Shown: positions 38,901 to 50,900 of the stretch, piece by piece
Numbering within the stretch: the stretch's first letter is position 1
How the letters are laid out: each line of letters begins with the position of its first letter
DNA from: Cyanophora paradoxa CCMP329
Lineage: Eukaryota; Plantae; Glaucophyta
Reading direction: 5' to 3'
Assembly (NCBI GenBank): GCA_004431415.1
Contig: QPMI01000594.1
Span: 1-64,000 of the forward strand
Length of the DNA: 64,000 bases
The notes under the pieces: generated by a model
The model's database searches: none
What the model was told of the DNA's origin: nothing
What the model saw: the letters and a program-made list of their open reading frames with translations, nothing else
Program-made: the position numbers and the translations under genes

Positions 38901-41900
38901 CCCCCCCCCCCGCTTTCGTACCCCGCCCACGCCTCCCGCCCGCAGAAGCGGAGGGCGCTGGAGGCAGCCAGAGCGGAGGCGGGCCGGCCGGACCCCAACA
39001 GCATTCTGAACGCGTACATGCGAAAGCTGCGAACGAAGGCCGCGGCGGCGGCCGCGGCGGCGGCTGTACCCCCTCCCGCGCCCGCGCCCGCGCCCGCGTC
39101 GGCTGCGCCGACGCCGGCCCGGGCCCAGCCGACCGTACCCATCCTGTCCTTCTCCGAGCTACCCCTCCCCGCGGCGCCCGCCGTACCCCCCATCACCCTC
39201 GCCGTGCCCTCGTCGCTCTCCGTCACGCTCGCGTCCCCGCGGGCAGCCCCGGGCCTCCCGGCGCCGGCGCGTACCCCCCGCGGGCTCTCGGGCTCCGTCG
39301 GGGGCGGCTCGAGCCTCCGCCGGCTCGACGCCTCGCTCCTCTCCGCCTCGGGGGCGGGGGGGTACGCCTACGCCGACGACTTCGAATCCGAGAGCGAAGC
39401 CGGCTCGGGCGGGGCCGCGGCCGCGGCGGCGGGCGCCGAGGAGGACGAGGTGGAGGAGGAGAGCGCGGCCTCTGCGCCCGCCTCCGCCTCCGCCTCCGCA
39501 TCCGCCCCCGCCTCCGCCTCCGCCTCGCACGAGGGGCCCCTCGCGGCCGGCGGCGGCCCCTCCTCCTCGGCCCCCGCGCACGCCCCCGCCCCCGCCCCAT
39601 CCTCCTCCTCTACCGCCCCTCCCCCATCCGCCCAAGCCGCCTCCGCCCCGTACCGGGCGGTGCTGTTCCCCGGGGGCGCGGCGGGGCGGCCGCGGCTCTC
39701 GCCGGACGAGCTCTCGCGGCGCCTCCTCGCCGAGGTCGGCCGCCTCGAGGTGCGTGTTCGAGGCTGGGGGTGGGCAGTTCTAGTCTAGCTCTAGTGTACC
39801 TCTAAGCGAGGAGGCCCGCCCTAGTACCTAGCTCCTCAATCCTAGCTCCCAGCTCTTAGGTCCGTCGCTTCTAGCCTGCTCTAAGGGAGAGTGCCGCCCT
39901 AGTTCCAGCTGTCAGCTCCTAGGTCGGCCGCCTCGAGGTGCGTGTGTGTTCGAGGCGGGGGCTCTGTGGGGCCCTCGTTAGCGCTCGCCAGAACTAGGGA
40001 GAAGGCCGCCCTAGTTCCTAGCTCCTCAACCCTGCCTCCGAAGTGCTCTAGTTCCTAGCTCGTTCTCTATGTCGAGGCTGCCTAGTTCCTAGCTCCGAGG
40101 TCGGCTGCCTCTAGGCCCGCTGCCACGAGCTCTAGTCTTGCACCGGCGCTCTGCTCCTTCGTCCAGCCAGCGCTCTCCCTCCGGACCCTCGGCGTAGGAG
40201 TCTAGCTCCCGCCCCTTCCTAGTCTAGTCTAGTCTAGTCTAGTCTAGTCGAGCTCTCGGGCCGCCCGCCTCCTATCCTCCGCTCCTTCGTCTGGCATCGT
40301 TCGGCTCTCCGGCCCCGGACCCTCGGCGGACGCTCGGCGGACGCTCACCTTCGCGCGCGCAGGCGGCGGAGGAGTCGCGGCTGCAGCTGGAGGCGCTGGA
40401 GGCGGCGCGCGCCGCGACGGCCCTCGGCGTCGGCGAGCGCCTCCTCGCCGCCCAGGTACCCCCCCCTCCCCCTCCCCCCTTCCTTCCTTCTTCGTTCGTT
40501 CTGAGTGCGTCGCCTTCGCTCGTTCGCAGCGGGCGAAGCGGGCCGAGGAGGTGGCCGACCTCCAGGTCCGAGCCCCGCCCCTTAGAAGGAAAGAATGACT
40601 CAGAATGGCTAAGAAGAATAGCCGAGAATGGCTCAGAATGGCTCGCCGCCTTAGGAGCCGATTGCTCAGAAGAAGAATGGCCCGAGGGAGCCATCCCCCA
40701 GCTCCTCCTCCTCCTCCTCCCTTTCTTCTTTTTCTTCTTTCTGACGCGCTTGCCCCTCGCCCCGCCCCGCCCCCCCCACAGGCGCGGGAGCAGCTGCTGG
40801 CGGCCCGGACCGCCGCCGAGGAGGAGGCCCGCGCCGCCCGGGTACACATATCCCCCCTTCCCCCCCCGCCCTTCCCCCCCCACCCTTCCCCCCTCCTCGC
40901 CCACCCACCACCTCCACTGCAGGAGCGGCGGGGGCGGGAGGAGATGGCGCGGGAGCGGGAGGAGGCGGCCCGCGCCGACCGCGCCCGCCGCGACGCCGAG
41001 GTGCGCCGGGCCGGGCCGGGCCAGGCAAGAGTGTTCTAGACGTGGCTAGACGCCGAGGGGTTTCTCTCCTGTGCAGCTGCTCTTCCTCGCTCTCCCCCTC
41101 GCCCCCTCGCTTACTTTGGGGGGCGGCGCAGGAGGCGCGGGCGGCGGAGGCGCGGCGCTCGCTCGCCGACGAGCACGCGCGCCAGCTCCGCCAGGTCCGC
41201 GGGGGGTTGTCTAGGCCTAGCTAGGCATAAAGGTGGCGGGCGCCTTAGGCGGGGGCGCGCCAAACTCGCGCGCCCATCAAGCTAGCTAGCGCTACCCATC
41301 CTATCCGACCCGATCCGGCTCCTCACCTCCGCTACCCCCCCGCCCCTCCTCCTCCTCCTCCTCCCCTCTGCAGGTGACGGAGCTCTTCGTGGAGCGGCTG
41401 GAGGACGCGCGGGAGAAGGCGCGCGTCGCCTGCGCCCTCCACTACGCCGCCGCCGTCCAGGTGCCCAAGACGCGCTTATGAAGACAGAGACTTCCTGTTC
41501 TACACGAGATAAGAGTAGCACGAAAGAGCCTGCTCTTGGCTTATAGGAAGCCCTCCTCTGCTGTGGGGCGGTCTGCGGTCTGCTGAGCGGGGCCGGGCCG
41601 CGCAGACGGACGAGACGATGGCGGCCCCGGCGGCGCCCCCCGCCGCGGCGGCCGCCGCCGGAACCTCCGGCTCCGCTTCGGCCTCCATGCAGGTACCCCT
41701 GTCCCAGACCGGCTCTCCTTCTTCTTCTGATCCGGCTTCAGTACGAGCCGGACTTCGAATCCGCGGCGGGCGCTTCCGGCCGCGACGGCAGCGTCGCCGA
41801 GGAGGTTCGGGGGGTACCGCGGCTTCCCCTTTTTCCTTTCCGATCCTCTTCTCAGATCGACGCGGCGTCGGCGGCCGCGTCCGGGCGGGGGCAGCGCGAG

Positions 41901-44900
41901 GACGCGGGTTCAATCCCCGAGGAGGCCTCTTTCGCGAGCGCCGCCTCCGGCCCGGGCCGCGGCGGGCACGCCGCGGCGCCCTCCGAGGGTTCCATTCCGG
42001 AGGAGGCGAGTTTTGCGCCAGCCCGTACCCCCCCTTTCCACACTGCTTACCGTTTTCGGCCGCAGTCGTTCGCAAGCGCCCGCGGCGGGCGCGGCGGGCG
42101 CGGCGCCCTCGACCGGACTGACGCCAGCATCGCCGAGGAGGTCCGCGTACCCCTTCTCATCCACTCCTTATTGCCCTGTACCCACCCCCGCGATCGCTAA
42201 GGTGGAGGAGAGCGGGAGCGAGGGGGCCTCCCCCGCCCGCCCCGGCGGGGCCCGCCCCGCCGCCCATGCCGACCTCGAAACCTCCCAGGCGCGCCGTACC
42301 CCGCCCACCGTACCCCCCCGCCCGGTCGTTCGCGTACCCCTGACGGGCCGGACGGCAGCTGTCGGCGGGGTCGGACGAGTCGACTTCGGACCCGATGGGC
42401 CGCGTCGCGGGGGAGGTGCGCCGGGGAGGGCGGGCGGGGGCTCGAAAGAAGAACGCGTCAGGACGGAATCTCGAAAGGATGGGATCTGACCCTGGCCCCG
42501 CCCTGGACTCAAGCTGTAGCTCTAGCTTCTAGCGTCCGACCCCCGCCTCGAGTCCGACCCGGGCCCCGCCCCATCTGTAGCTCCCCCTCCGACCCCCGCC
42601 CTCGTCCGATCTCCTCGGGCAGGTGGTGCGGAAGCTGATGGCGGAGGAGGAGCAGCGCGCCCGCTACCACGACGCCGTCCTCAAGCTCCGCGAGAAGGCC
42701 GCCGAGGCGAGCCTGCCAGCCAGCCAGACCCCTTCCCTTTCTTTGCTCCAGATTAGAGCTAAATCCTATGCTATCCTTCTAGCCGGACCGCACGCTTCTT
42801 CCAGATTCTTCTAGCTAGATAACGCGCTGACGCCCCCTCGAGCGAGCGAGCGATCGGGCGGGACCCCTTCCCTCCAGCGCCCCCGGAGCTAGGATCGGCG
42901 CCGGCTGACCCCCGGCGGCACAGGAGCGGGCCAAGGCGGAGCTCGCGTGGATCGCCGCGCAGCGCGCCGGGCATCCCGCCCCGCCCGTGCGCGCTCCGCC
43001 CCGCCTAAGAGCTGGCAGAGCTGACGTGGCTCGCGGGGTCGCAGGGGAGCCCGCCGCGGTCGCCGCGGCACGGGGCCGACACGCCGGCGCCGCACGGGGC
43101 GCCCCGCCAGAAGCAGCAGCAGCAGGCGAGCCCGCCCGACCTCTCCCAAGCGTTTTCCACGCCCTTTGCTCCCCGCTGACGACTCGGTTGCAGCGGGGGA
43201 AGGGGGCGCCGAGCGAGCGGGAGATCGAGCGGCGCGTGCAGGAGCTGCGCACCCGTCTCGCCGCCGAGCGCGCCGAGATCGAGCACGTGCGCCCCCAGCT
43301 TCTCTTCCCCCTGCCCCCCTTCCTCTTCGAATGCTCTAGGAATTACACGAGAAGAGAAAAATCCTTTCTCTGTAGTGCAGAACGTCCTCGCCGCGCCTCC
43401 TGATCTCTGACGGCGCGCCCCCGGCAGCTGCGGGCAAGCTTCAAGGCCGACAAGTACCGCCAGTTCGTCGCCCTGCAGGTAAATGCTTTCCATTCACGCT
43501 TCTCTATCTGTTTTACCCTTTCCGTTTACTCGCTCGTTCGCAGGCGCAGCAGCGCTCGATTCTGGAGGCGCGGCGGGAGGCCGACGCCTTCCGCAAGCGC
43601 TCGGGCGGCTCCGGGGCCGGGGCCGTCGCCGGGGCCGGCGAGGGGCGGGAGCGGGCGCGCGAGCGGAGCGCGGGGCGGCCGGCGCGCGCCGCCTCCGCCT
43701 CCGCTTCTATCGTGGACGATGCGCGTGCCGCCCTTCCCCTTCCCTTCCCCCCCGCAGAGGGCTGGCGCCGCCCCCCCGCGGCCTCCCCCTACCCCCACCC
43801 TCCCCGTTTCGCCGCTGCCGTCTCTTTACGGCCTCTTGCTTCGCTCCCTCGCGCCGCAGGTGGAGGCGGCGGAGGCGAGCCGGCGGTCGCGCTCGGCGCC
43901 GGGCGGCCGCGGCGCGCCTCGGCGGGCCCGCCCCGGGGAGGACGAGAGCATCGCCGAGGCGCGCTCCCCGATTCCCTGCTTCGTCGATTTCCGCTGAATT
44001 CCGTGCCCCGCAGGAGAACATTCCCGAGGCTTCCTTCGGCTCCCGCCACACCTCCGAGGTCCGCCCCAGTGCCCCACACCAGAGAGAAGAAGGGAGGCGG
44101 CCTCGCCGGCGCTTGACTAGTCCGGTCTCCGCGACGCCAATCTAGCGACCCCCTCCCGCCACGGCGCTGACGCCTCTCCCATCGCCCCGGCCTAGCCTCC
44201 GCCACCATCGCACCCGGGCGCTATCGCCGCGGCGCTGACGCCCCCCCTCTCGCGCCGGCAGGTGGCGGACGAGGTGGCGAGCGCGCTGGACTACACCCAG
44301 GACTTCGAGGACGAGCCGGCCGAGGCGCGCGCGCCCCCGCCTTCTAGGTTCTAGAGGCCTCTTGGCTGTGGAGGCCCCTAGGCTGGGCGAGCTCTGCGCT
44401 CCTTTCTTCCCCCCGGCCCATCCAACCCTCGGGGAGGCTTTAGATGCGGGTTTTAAACTCCTAGAGGCTTCTAGGCGCCGCCAGGGCCTCGAAGTCCGGC
44501 CAAGACATCGAGGAAGAGCCGGCCGAGGCCCGCCCTCCCCCGCCCCCGCCCTGCGCCCTGCGGGAACCGGCCCCAGAGGCTTTCAATCTTCCAGAGGCTT
44601 CTAGGCGCCGCCGGGGCCCGCCCCGCCTTCTAGATACTTAATCTTGAATCTTCTAGAGGTCTCCAGAGGCTTTTTATCTTCTAGAGGCTTCTAGAAGACT
44701 TCGAGAAGCCTAGCTACATGCTGTCTCCAGAGGCCACTAGGCTACCATCGACGCCCCTTCGCGCCCCTCCCCCGCCCCGCTCGCCGCGGAGCTGCGGGCC
44801 TGACGCCTCTCCCCCCGCCGCAGGTGGACGAGGAGAGCGCGATCGAGGAGGACGTCACCGTCCGCTCCGTTGCCCGCTCCATCCGCAGGCGCGCCCTCCG

Positions 44901-47900
44901 CCCCATCATGGGAGCAAGGGAGAGAGGAAGCTTCCGTTGTTTCTTCTAGACATCTCTCCGACATCTGTTCTGTCTCGCTGACTCGGGGGGCCCGCCAGCG
45001 GGGGGAAGGAGGGCCGCGAGGTGGCGCGCGCCGCGCGGGAGGTGCGCCCCCTCCTAGAAAGGCCTAGAAGGCCTTCCCTCGAGCCGGGACGCTGAGGCCG
45101 CGCCTCGCCTCCGCGCGGCAGCGGCTGGCGGAGGCGGCGGGGGAGGCGACCGTCGAGGAGGACGGCCGCCTCAGGTCCGCAGGGCTCTCCCGCCCCTCCC
45201 CACACCCGCCCCCGCCCCGCCCCCGCCCCAGCGAAGGGATAGCGGAGGGATAGCGGAGGGATAGGGGAGAGATGGCGGAGAGCCGCGCCCCGCCCCGCCC
45301 CGCCCCGCCATGCTGGATAAATCCGCGCTCCTCCTTCCTCCCTCGCGCCCCGCCTGCGCCCTCCGCCACCTCCTTCCGTCCTCGGGCGCCCGAGCGGGGC
45401 GGGATGCGGCCGCAGGGCGATCCGGAGCATGCTGGAGAACATCAAGAAGATGCAGGGCCAGGTGCGACCGACCGGGCGCCTCTCTCTCATAGCAGCTCCC
45501 CGCGTCCGCTGCTGCTGAGGCGGGGCGGGGCGGGGCGGGCGCGGCGGCAGATCGCGGACGCGAAGACGCTGGAGAAGCGGGAGAGGCTCGTCGCCCAGCA
45601 GGTGAGCGAGCGGGAGGCTAGTGCCCGAGGGTAGAAGCAGGACCGAGGCTGGCCGCCTTAGAGGCTCTTAGACGAAGCCGCCCGGGTCTGGGGCGCCGCT
45701 TAGCTTCGGGGTTAGCTTCTTCCGGCCTCCTCCCTCGCTACGGCTCTCCCTCGCTCCATCCCGCCTACGTGATCTGACGGGGGCGGGCGGGGCCGTGCAG
45801 CGGCGGATGGCGGAGGAGCTCCTGGAGCAGAAGCGGGCCCTCGCCGACGCCCGCGCCCGCGCCCGCGCCCTCCGCCGCCAGGAGCGCCAGGTCCGTCGGC
45901 GAACTCTCTTCCTCCTCCTTCGGTCTCTTGGACTAGATTACTTGGAGTGCTCTCTCGCGCTCGCCCCTCCCCACCACTCGCCTGGGATCTCGAGCCGGGC
46001 CGGGCCGAGCCCCGCGCCCCCGATTCCGGCTAGACTAGACTAGACTAGACTAGATTCCGAGCCGAGACTAGATTCCTTAGAGTGCTCTCTCGCGCCCTTC
46101 CCCCTCTCCCCACCCCTCGGACGCGTCCCCGAGCCTCGCCCCCCCCCGCAGGTGGCGCGGCTGCTGCAGGAGGCGGCCGCTCTCGACGCCGACATCGCCG
46201 CCGTCCGCCCCGCCCCGCCCCCGCCCCGCCCCGCCCCTGCCGCACCCCGTCTCGTCCGCCTCGCCCCGCCCTGACAGCCGCCTTCTCCTCTCCGCCCCTT
46301 CCCCTAGCGTTTCTAGCGCCCAGCATTTCGAGATCTCTTCTCTCCGCCTCGCTGACCGCCCCGCAGACGGACCAGAGCACCGCTTCCGTCGAATTCGCCG
46401 CGCTCCCGCCCCGCCGCTCCGCCGCCTCTTCCTCCGCCTCCCCCGCCAAGCGCGCCGCTCTCTCCGCCGCCGCCGCCTCGGCGGCTGCGGCCCAGCGGAG
46501 GAAGTCGCCGCCCAAGCCCCGCCGCCGGCCCCGTGCGCGCGCCTTTCAGCGCCTTAGCTTCCTATCTTCATCTTCTTTCTTAGCGTCGTCTCCTTCTTGC
46601 TTCCTAACTTCCTAGCTTCTTCTTTCAGCGCCTCAGCTTCCTATCTTCTTCTTCTTCTTTCTTAGCTGTTTCTTCAGAGTCGGACGAGGGCAGCACGATC
46701 GAGGAGGAGGCCGGCGCCGAGGCGGAGGCCGCCGCGAGGCTCGCCCCCCCCCCCCCCCCCCCTCCCCCCGCGGTCCCGCTCAAGGCTGTACCCCCCCCGC
46801 AGCTCGGAGGCGTCGATCGCCGACGAGGCGCCCGACGACTTCCCCGCCGCGTGCGCCCCGCCCCCGCCTCGTCCCCTAGACGGACCGCCCTCCGCCCTAG
46901 ACGCCCTAGACGGACCACATAAGCTGGCACCCCGTCCCCGCTCCGCCCCGCTGAAGGTCCAGATTCTAGAAGCGGCCCCGCGCCCAGACGCACGCTTGTA
47001 GCTCCCGTCCAGATCCTGCTCTAGCTCCCCTATCTATCTGCCCTCGCCCTTGGATGGATCCAGGGGCGCCCTGACGCGCCCCTCCCCGCCGCCCTAGACG
47101 GACTCCTACTTCACCAGCAGGCCCTGCCCCCCGAGCTTCCGACCCGCCCGCCCGCCCGCCCGCCTGCCACCAGCTCTAGCTCTCATCCAGCTCTAGCTCC
47201 AGCTCCTTTGCAGCAGCTAGGTGGGGGCCTTAAGCTCTCATCCAGCTCTCTAGCTCCCTTATCTATCTGCCCTCGCCCTTGGATGGATCCAGGGCCGCCC
47301 TTCGCCGGCTTCGGGCGCCGCCCTGGCTCTATCTAGCCCTCATCCAGCTCTAGCTCCCCTTGCCCTTGCCCTGGATCTAGGGCCCCCTCGACGATCTTGA
47401 CCCGAGCCCTATCTGCTCTAGCTCTCCTTGCCCTTGCCCTTGGATGGACCTCGGGCCGCCCTGACGCCCTCCTCCACCGCAGCTCGGTGGGGGCCTCTTC
47501 GATCGCCGACGAGGCGGGGGCGAGCGGCGCGCCCTCCGAGTCCCGCGGCGCCGGCGAGATCTCCGACGAGGCGCCCACCGTGGGGAGGAGGTGCGCGCGT
47601 TGGATCTGACTGAAACAGGCAGCGAGCTAGGCTAGTCTAGGCTCCACCGCCCGAGGCGCCCACCGTGGGGAGGAGGTGGAGATTTGAAGATTTGATCTGG
47701 GGATTCAATCTGAAGATTCGATCTGAAGATTCGATCTGGATGCTTGTGTCTTATTCTTTCCTTCGTCAGGTCGGCCTCCAGGGCGTCCGCCGTACCCGAG
47801 GAGAGCTTCGCCTCCTCCGCCGCGCCGCCGCCTCCCCGCCGGCCCGGCGCCCGCCCCGCCGCCCCCGCGACGCCCTCGGAGGGGGCGGCCTCCGTCCACT

Positions 47901-50900
47901 ACAGCGAAGAGTCCTTCGAGCAGGCCCGCTCTTTCTCATATAATTTTGTTACTGGGTTTGTTTCTTATTGTTGTTGTTGTCCTCCGAGCAGGTCTCCGAT
48001 GCTGAGGTCTCCTTTCCTTCTCTTTCCCATTCTTTCTTTCCTTGCTAACCTTGTCTTCTTCTTCAGGCGAGCTTCGCCCGGCCGGCGGCGGCCCCTTCCC
48101 CACCCGCGGCGGCCCCGGCGCCCGCCCCCGCCCCCGCCCCTGCCGCCGCTGCCCCCGCCAAGAAGCCCGCGCCGGCGCCGGCCGCCGCGCCGCGGCCCGC
48201 CCAGGCACCGGCACCAGCGCCGGCGGCCCCCGCGGCCGGCTCAAGCGGGGACAGCGCGAGCAGCGTGAGCGTCAGCCTCAGCTCCGAGGACGGTGCGTAC
48301 CCCTGCACCTAGGCCCCCCGCCTCGACCGTACCCCCCTCCTGGCAAACAACGTACCCCCTCCCCCGCAGAGGAGCGGTTGGACCGCATCCGGAAGCTGCG
48401 CGAGGAGCTCGAGCGGCGGAAGGTCGGCCGCCCCGTTCGCCGCGCTTTCCAGATAGAACGCGGAGCGCAACGGCGATCTAGATCCGCGGGACTCACTCAC
48501 TTGGGTTTTAACGAGGCCTTGCTATAAGAACTCTTCGATCCGCTGGCCCCACTCACCAACTCACTTCATGGAATTGCGCGGCCCCGCCCGCCCGCTCGCT
48601 AGCTCACTCGGGGGCGCAGGAGGAGGCGCGGGCGGTGCACGCCGCCGTCGTCGAGCGCCAGGCCGCCCTCAAGGTGCCCCCGGCCCCTTGAGCCCTCCCG
48701 GCCGGAGGCGTGGGCGCAGGAGAAGCATTAAGAAGAGTACTTCTGTTAAGGCTCTAGTTTAGGCGCCCCCGGGCCCCCTCCCTTCTCCTTCCCCCTCCTC
48801 CTCCTCCCTTCCCCCTTCTTCCTCCCACGCCCGCGCCCTCCCCCCCTTCCCGCTCCCCCCCCCCCCCCCCCCCCCCCCCCCCGAGGCCTCCACACAGGAG
48901 AAGCGGCGGGCGAAGATGGCGAAAGAGGAGGCGGCGCTCCAAATACAGCTCCAGGTGCGCTCCGCAAGGGTCTCTAGTCTAGGCCCGGGATGTGCACTGG
49001 CCCCTAGGGTTTCTAGGAGGGGGCCCGCCTAGCTTCTGGGCCGCTCGGGGCGCCCCGCGAGGCCCGAGTGGGCCCGGGAGGGGTTCCCAGCGGGGTAGGG
49101 CTGCGTCTAGCATCCGTGCTGGCCCGCCTAGCTTCTGGACCGCTTGGGGCGCTGCCCCAGGCTCTGGGGCTGGCTCTGGGAGAGGCTCGAGGGATCGAGC
49201 TCTGCGGCCGGGCGGGCGGGCTGCTTGGGGCGCTGCCCTGGGCTGACCCTCCGGCCCGCCCCCGCAGGCGGTGGAGGGGATCGTGGCGCGCGAGGCCGGC
49301 CGCCTCCGCAAGACGGCCGCCGCCCTCGACTCCTCTCCGGAGGCCGCAACACCGGAGGAGGAGGACGAGGTCCGCCCCCTTCAGAGGGACCCCACTGGAT
49401 TTACTTGGACCCTGGGCCCGCTTCCGCCCTTCGGCGTTGTTCCTGAGCGCGGGTCGCCCCCCCGCGGCAGGGCTCGGCCGCCGCCTCCAGCGCGGGGTCC
49501 CCGCCCCAGCCCCAGCCGCAGCAGGCGCAGCCGCAGCCCCATCTCGAGGCCGTGCGCCCTGTACCCGCCTTCCTTTCCCCCGGCCCGAGGCCCTGACGCC
49601 CCCCCCTCCGCAGTCCGCCGCCTCCTCTTCAGGAGGGGACCCCCCCGCGCAGGTGGGGCCCCGCTCCCTTCCCCCCTTGACCCGCCGCCCCTCTGACTGC
49701 TTCCACGCAGCGCCCCGCACCGCCGCCCGAGCGCCGCTCGTCCTTTGAGGATCTCTCGGACACCGTACGGCGCCGCTCCCAGGCACCTCGCCCTCTTTCT
49801 CCTCGTCTCTCCTCCCTTTCTCTCTTCTAAGGCTTTTTCCATAGGGCGGCAAGGGCGCCTCTGCGGAGATCGCGGCGGCGGCGGCCGCCGCCCTCGCCGC
49901 GGGGCCCCAGCCCCCTTCGCCCTCGCCCTCGCCCAAGGCGACCGCGCCTCCCTCCCCTCAGAAGAACCAGGTCCGCCCCCCTCTGATTGATATGATCCGG
50001 TCCGCGCTTCTACGCCCTCAGCCGACTCTTTCTCGCGCCGCTCGGCAGGCCGCGTCGTCTCCGGCGGCGGCGGGGCGGGCCCGGCGGGGCTCGGAAGAAG
50101 GCTCCCAGGAGGAAGGCTCCGAGGAGGCGGCGGGGGAGGGGAGCAGCAGCATCCCCGAGGAGGAGGACGGGTCCATCGCCGAGGAGTACAGCGAGGTCCG
50201 TACCCCCCTAGGGGGAGGGGGGTGAAAGGGGAGGGGGGGGTGGAGGGGGGACTCTTGACGTGGCTCCGTGTGGGCGGGCGAAGGGCATGGGCACATCTCC
50301 CGAAGCTCGCGCCCTGTCTCCTTCTCCTTCTTTAAACTCGGCCCCCGACGCCAGCCTGACCCGAGCCGCGCGCCCCGCAGCGGTTTGACGACGAGGGGAC
50401 GCCCGCGCGGCCCGCCGGCCCCGGGTCAGCCGCCCTCCCCCCCCGCCTCCTACCTCCCTTTCTTCCTTCCTTCCTTCCTTCCTGACTTTGCGTCTCTGGG
50501 GCCAGGCCGCGGCGCGCCTCGCCCGGGTCCAGGGCGGGGGGTAGGCCGTCCCCAGGGGGGGACGAGAGCGCCGTCGCGTCGGAGCTCGAGGGCCCCGGCG
50601 AGGGGTACAGGTGCCCGGATCTTAGCGCCCGGGAAGATTTAGATCCGAATCTAGACGCAGCTTCGCCCTAGAGGCTGCGAGAGTGGCCCGCGCCGGCCTG
50701 CCCTGGCCTCGCCAGAGAGCGGCGTCTACATCTAGGGCCCGGGGGGTGTTCAGATCCACATCTAGATGCAATCTAGTTCCTGGGTCTTGCCAAAATCGAA
50801 GGCAGAGACCCACCCGCCCGCCCTCTGGCCTCGGGGGTCACCGTTGACCCCCGCGCGCAGCGCGAGCTTCGAGCGGGAGGCGAGCGCCGTCCTATCGACG

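Noticed and set aside
48856-48882. Poly-C tract (also 46744-46762) as a functional element
   Set aside because: These are simple homopolymers whose length is unreliable in sequencing; there is no further support.
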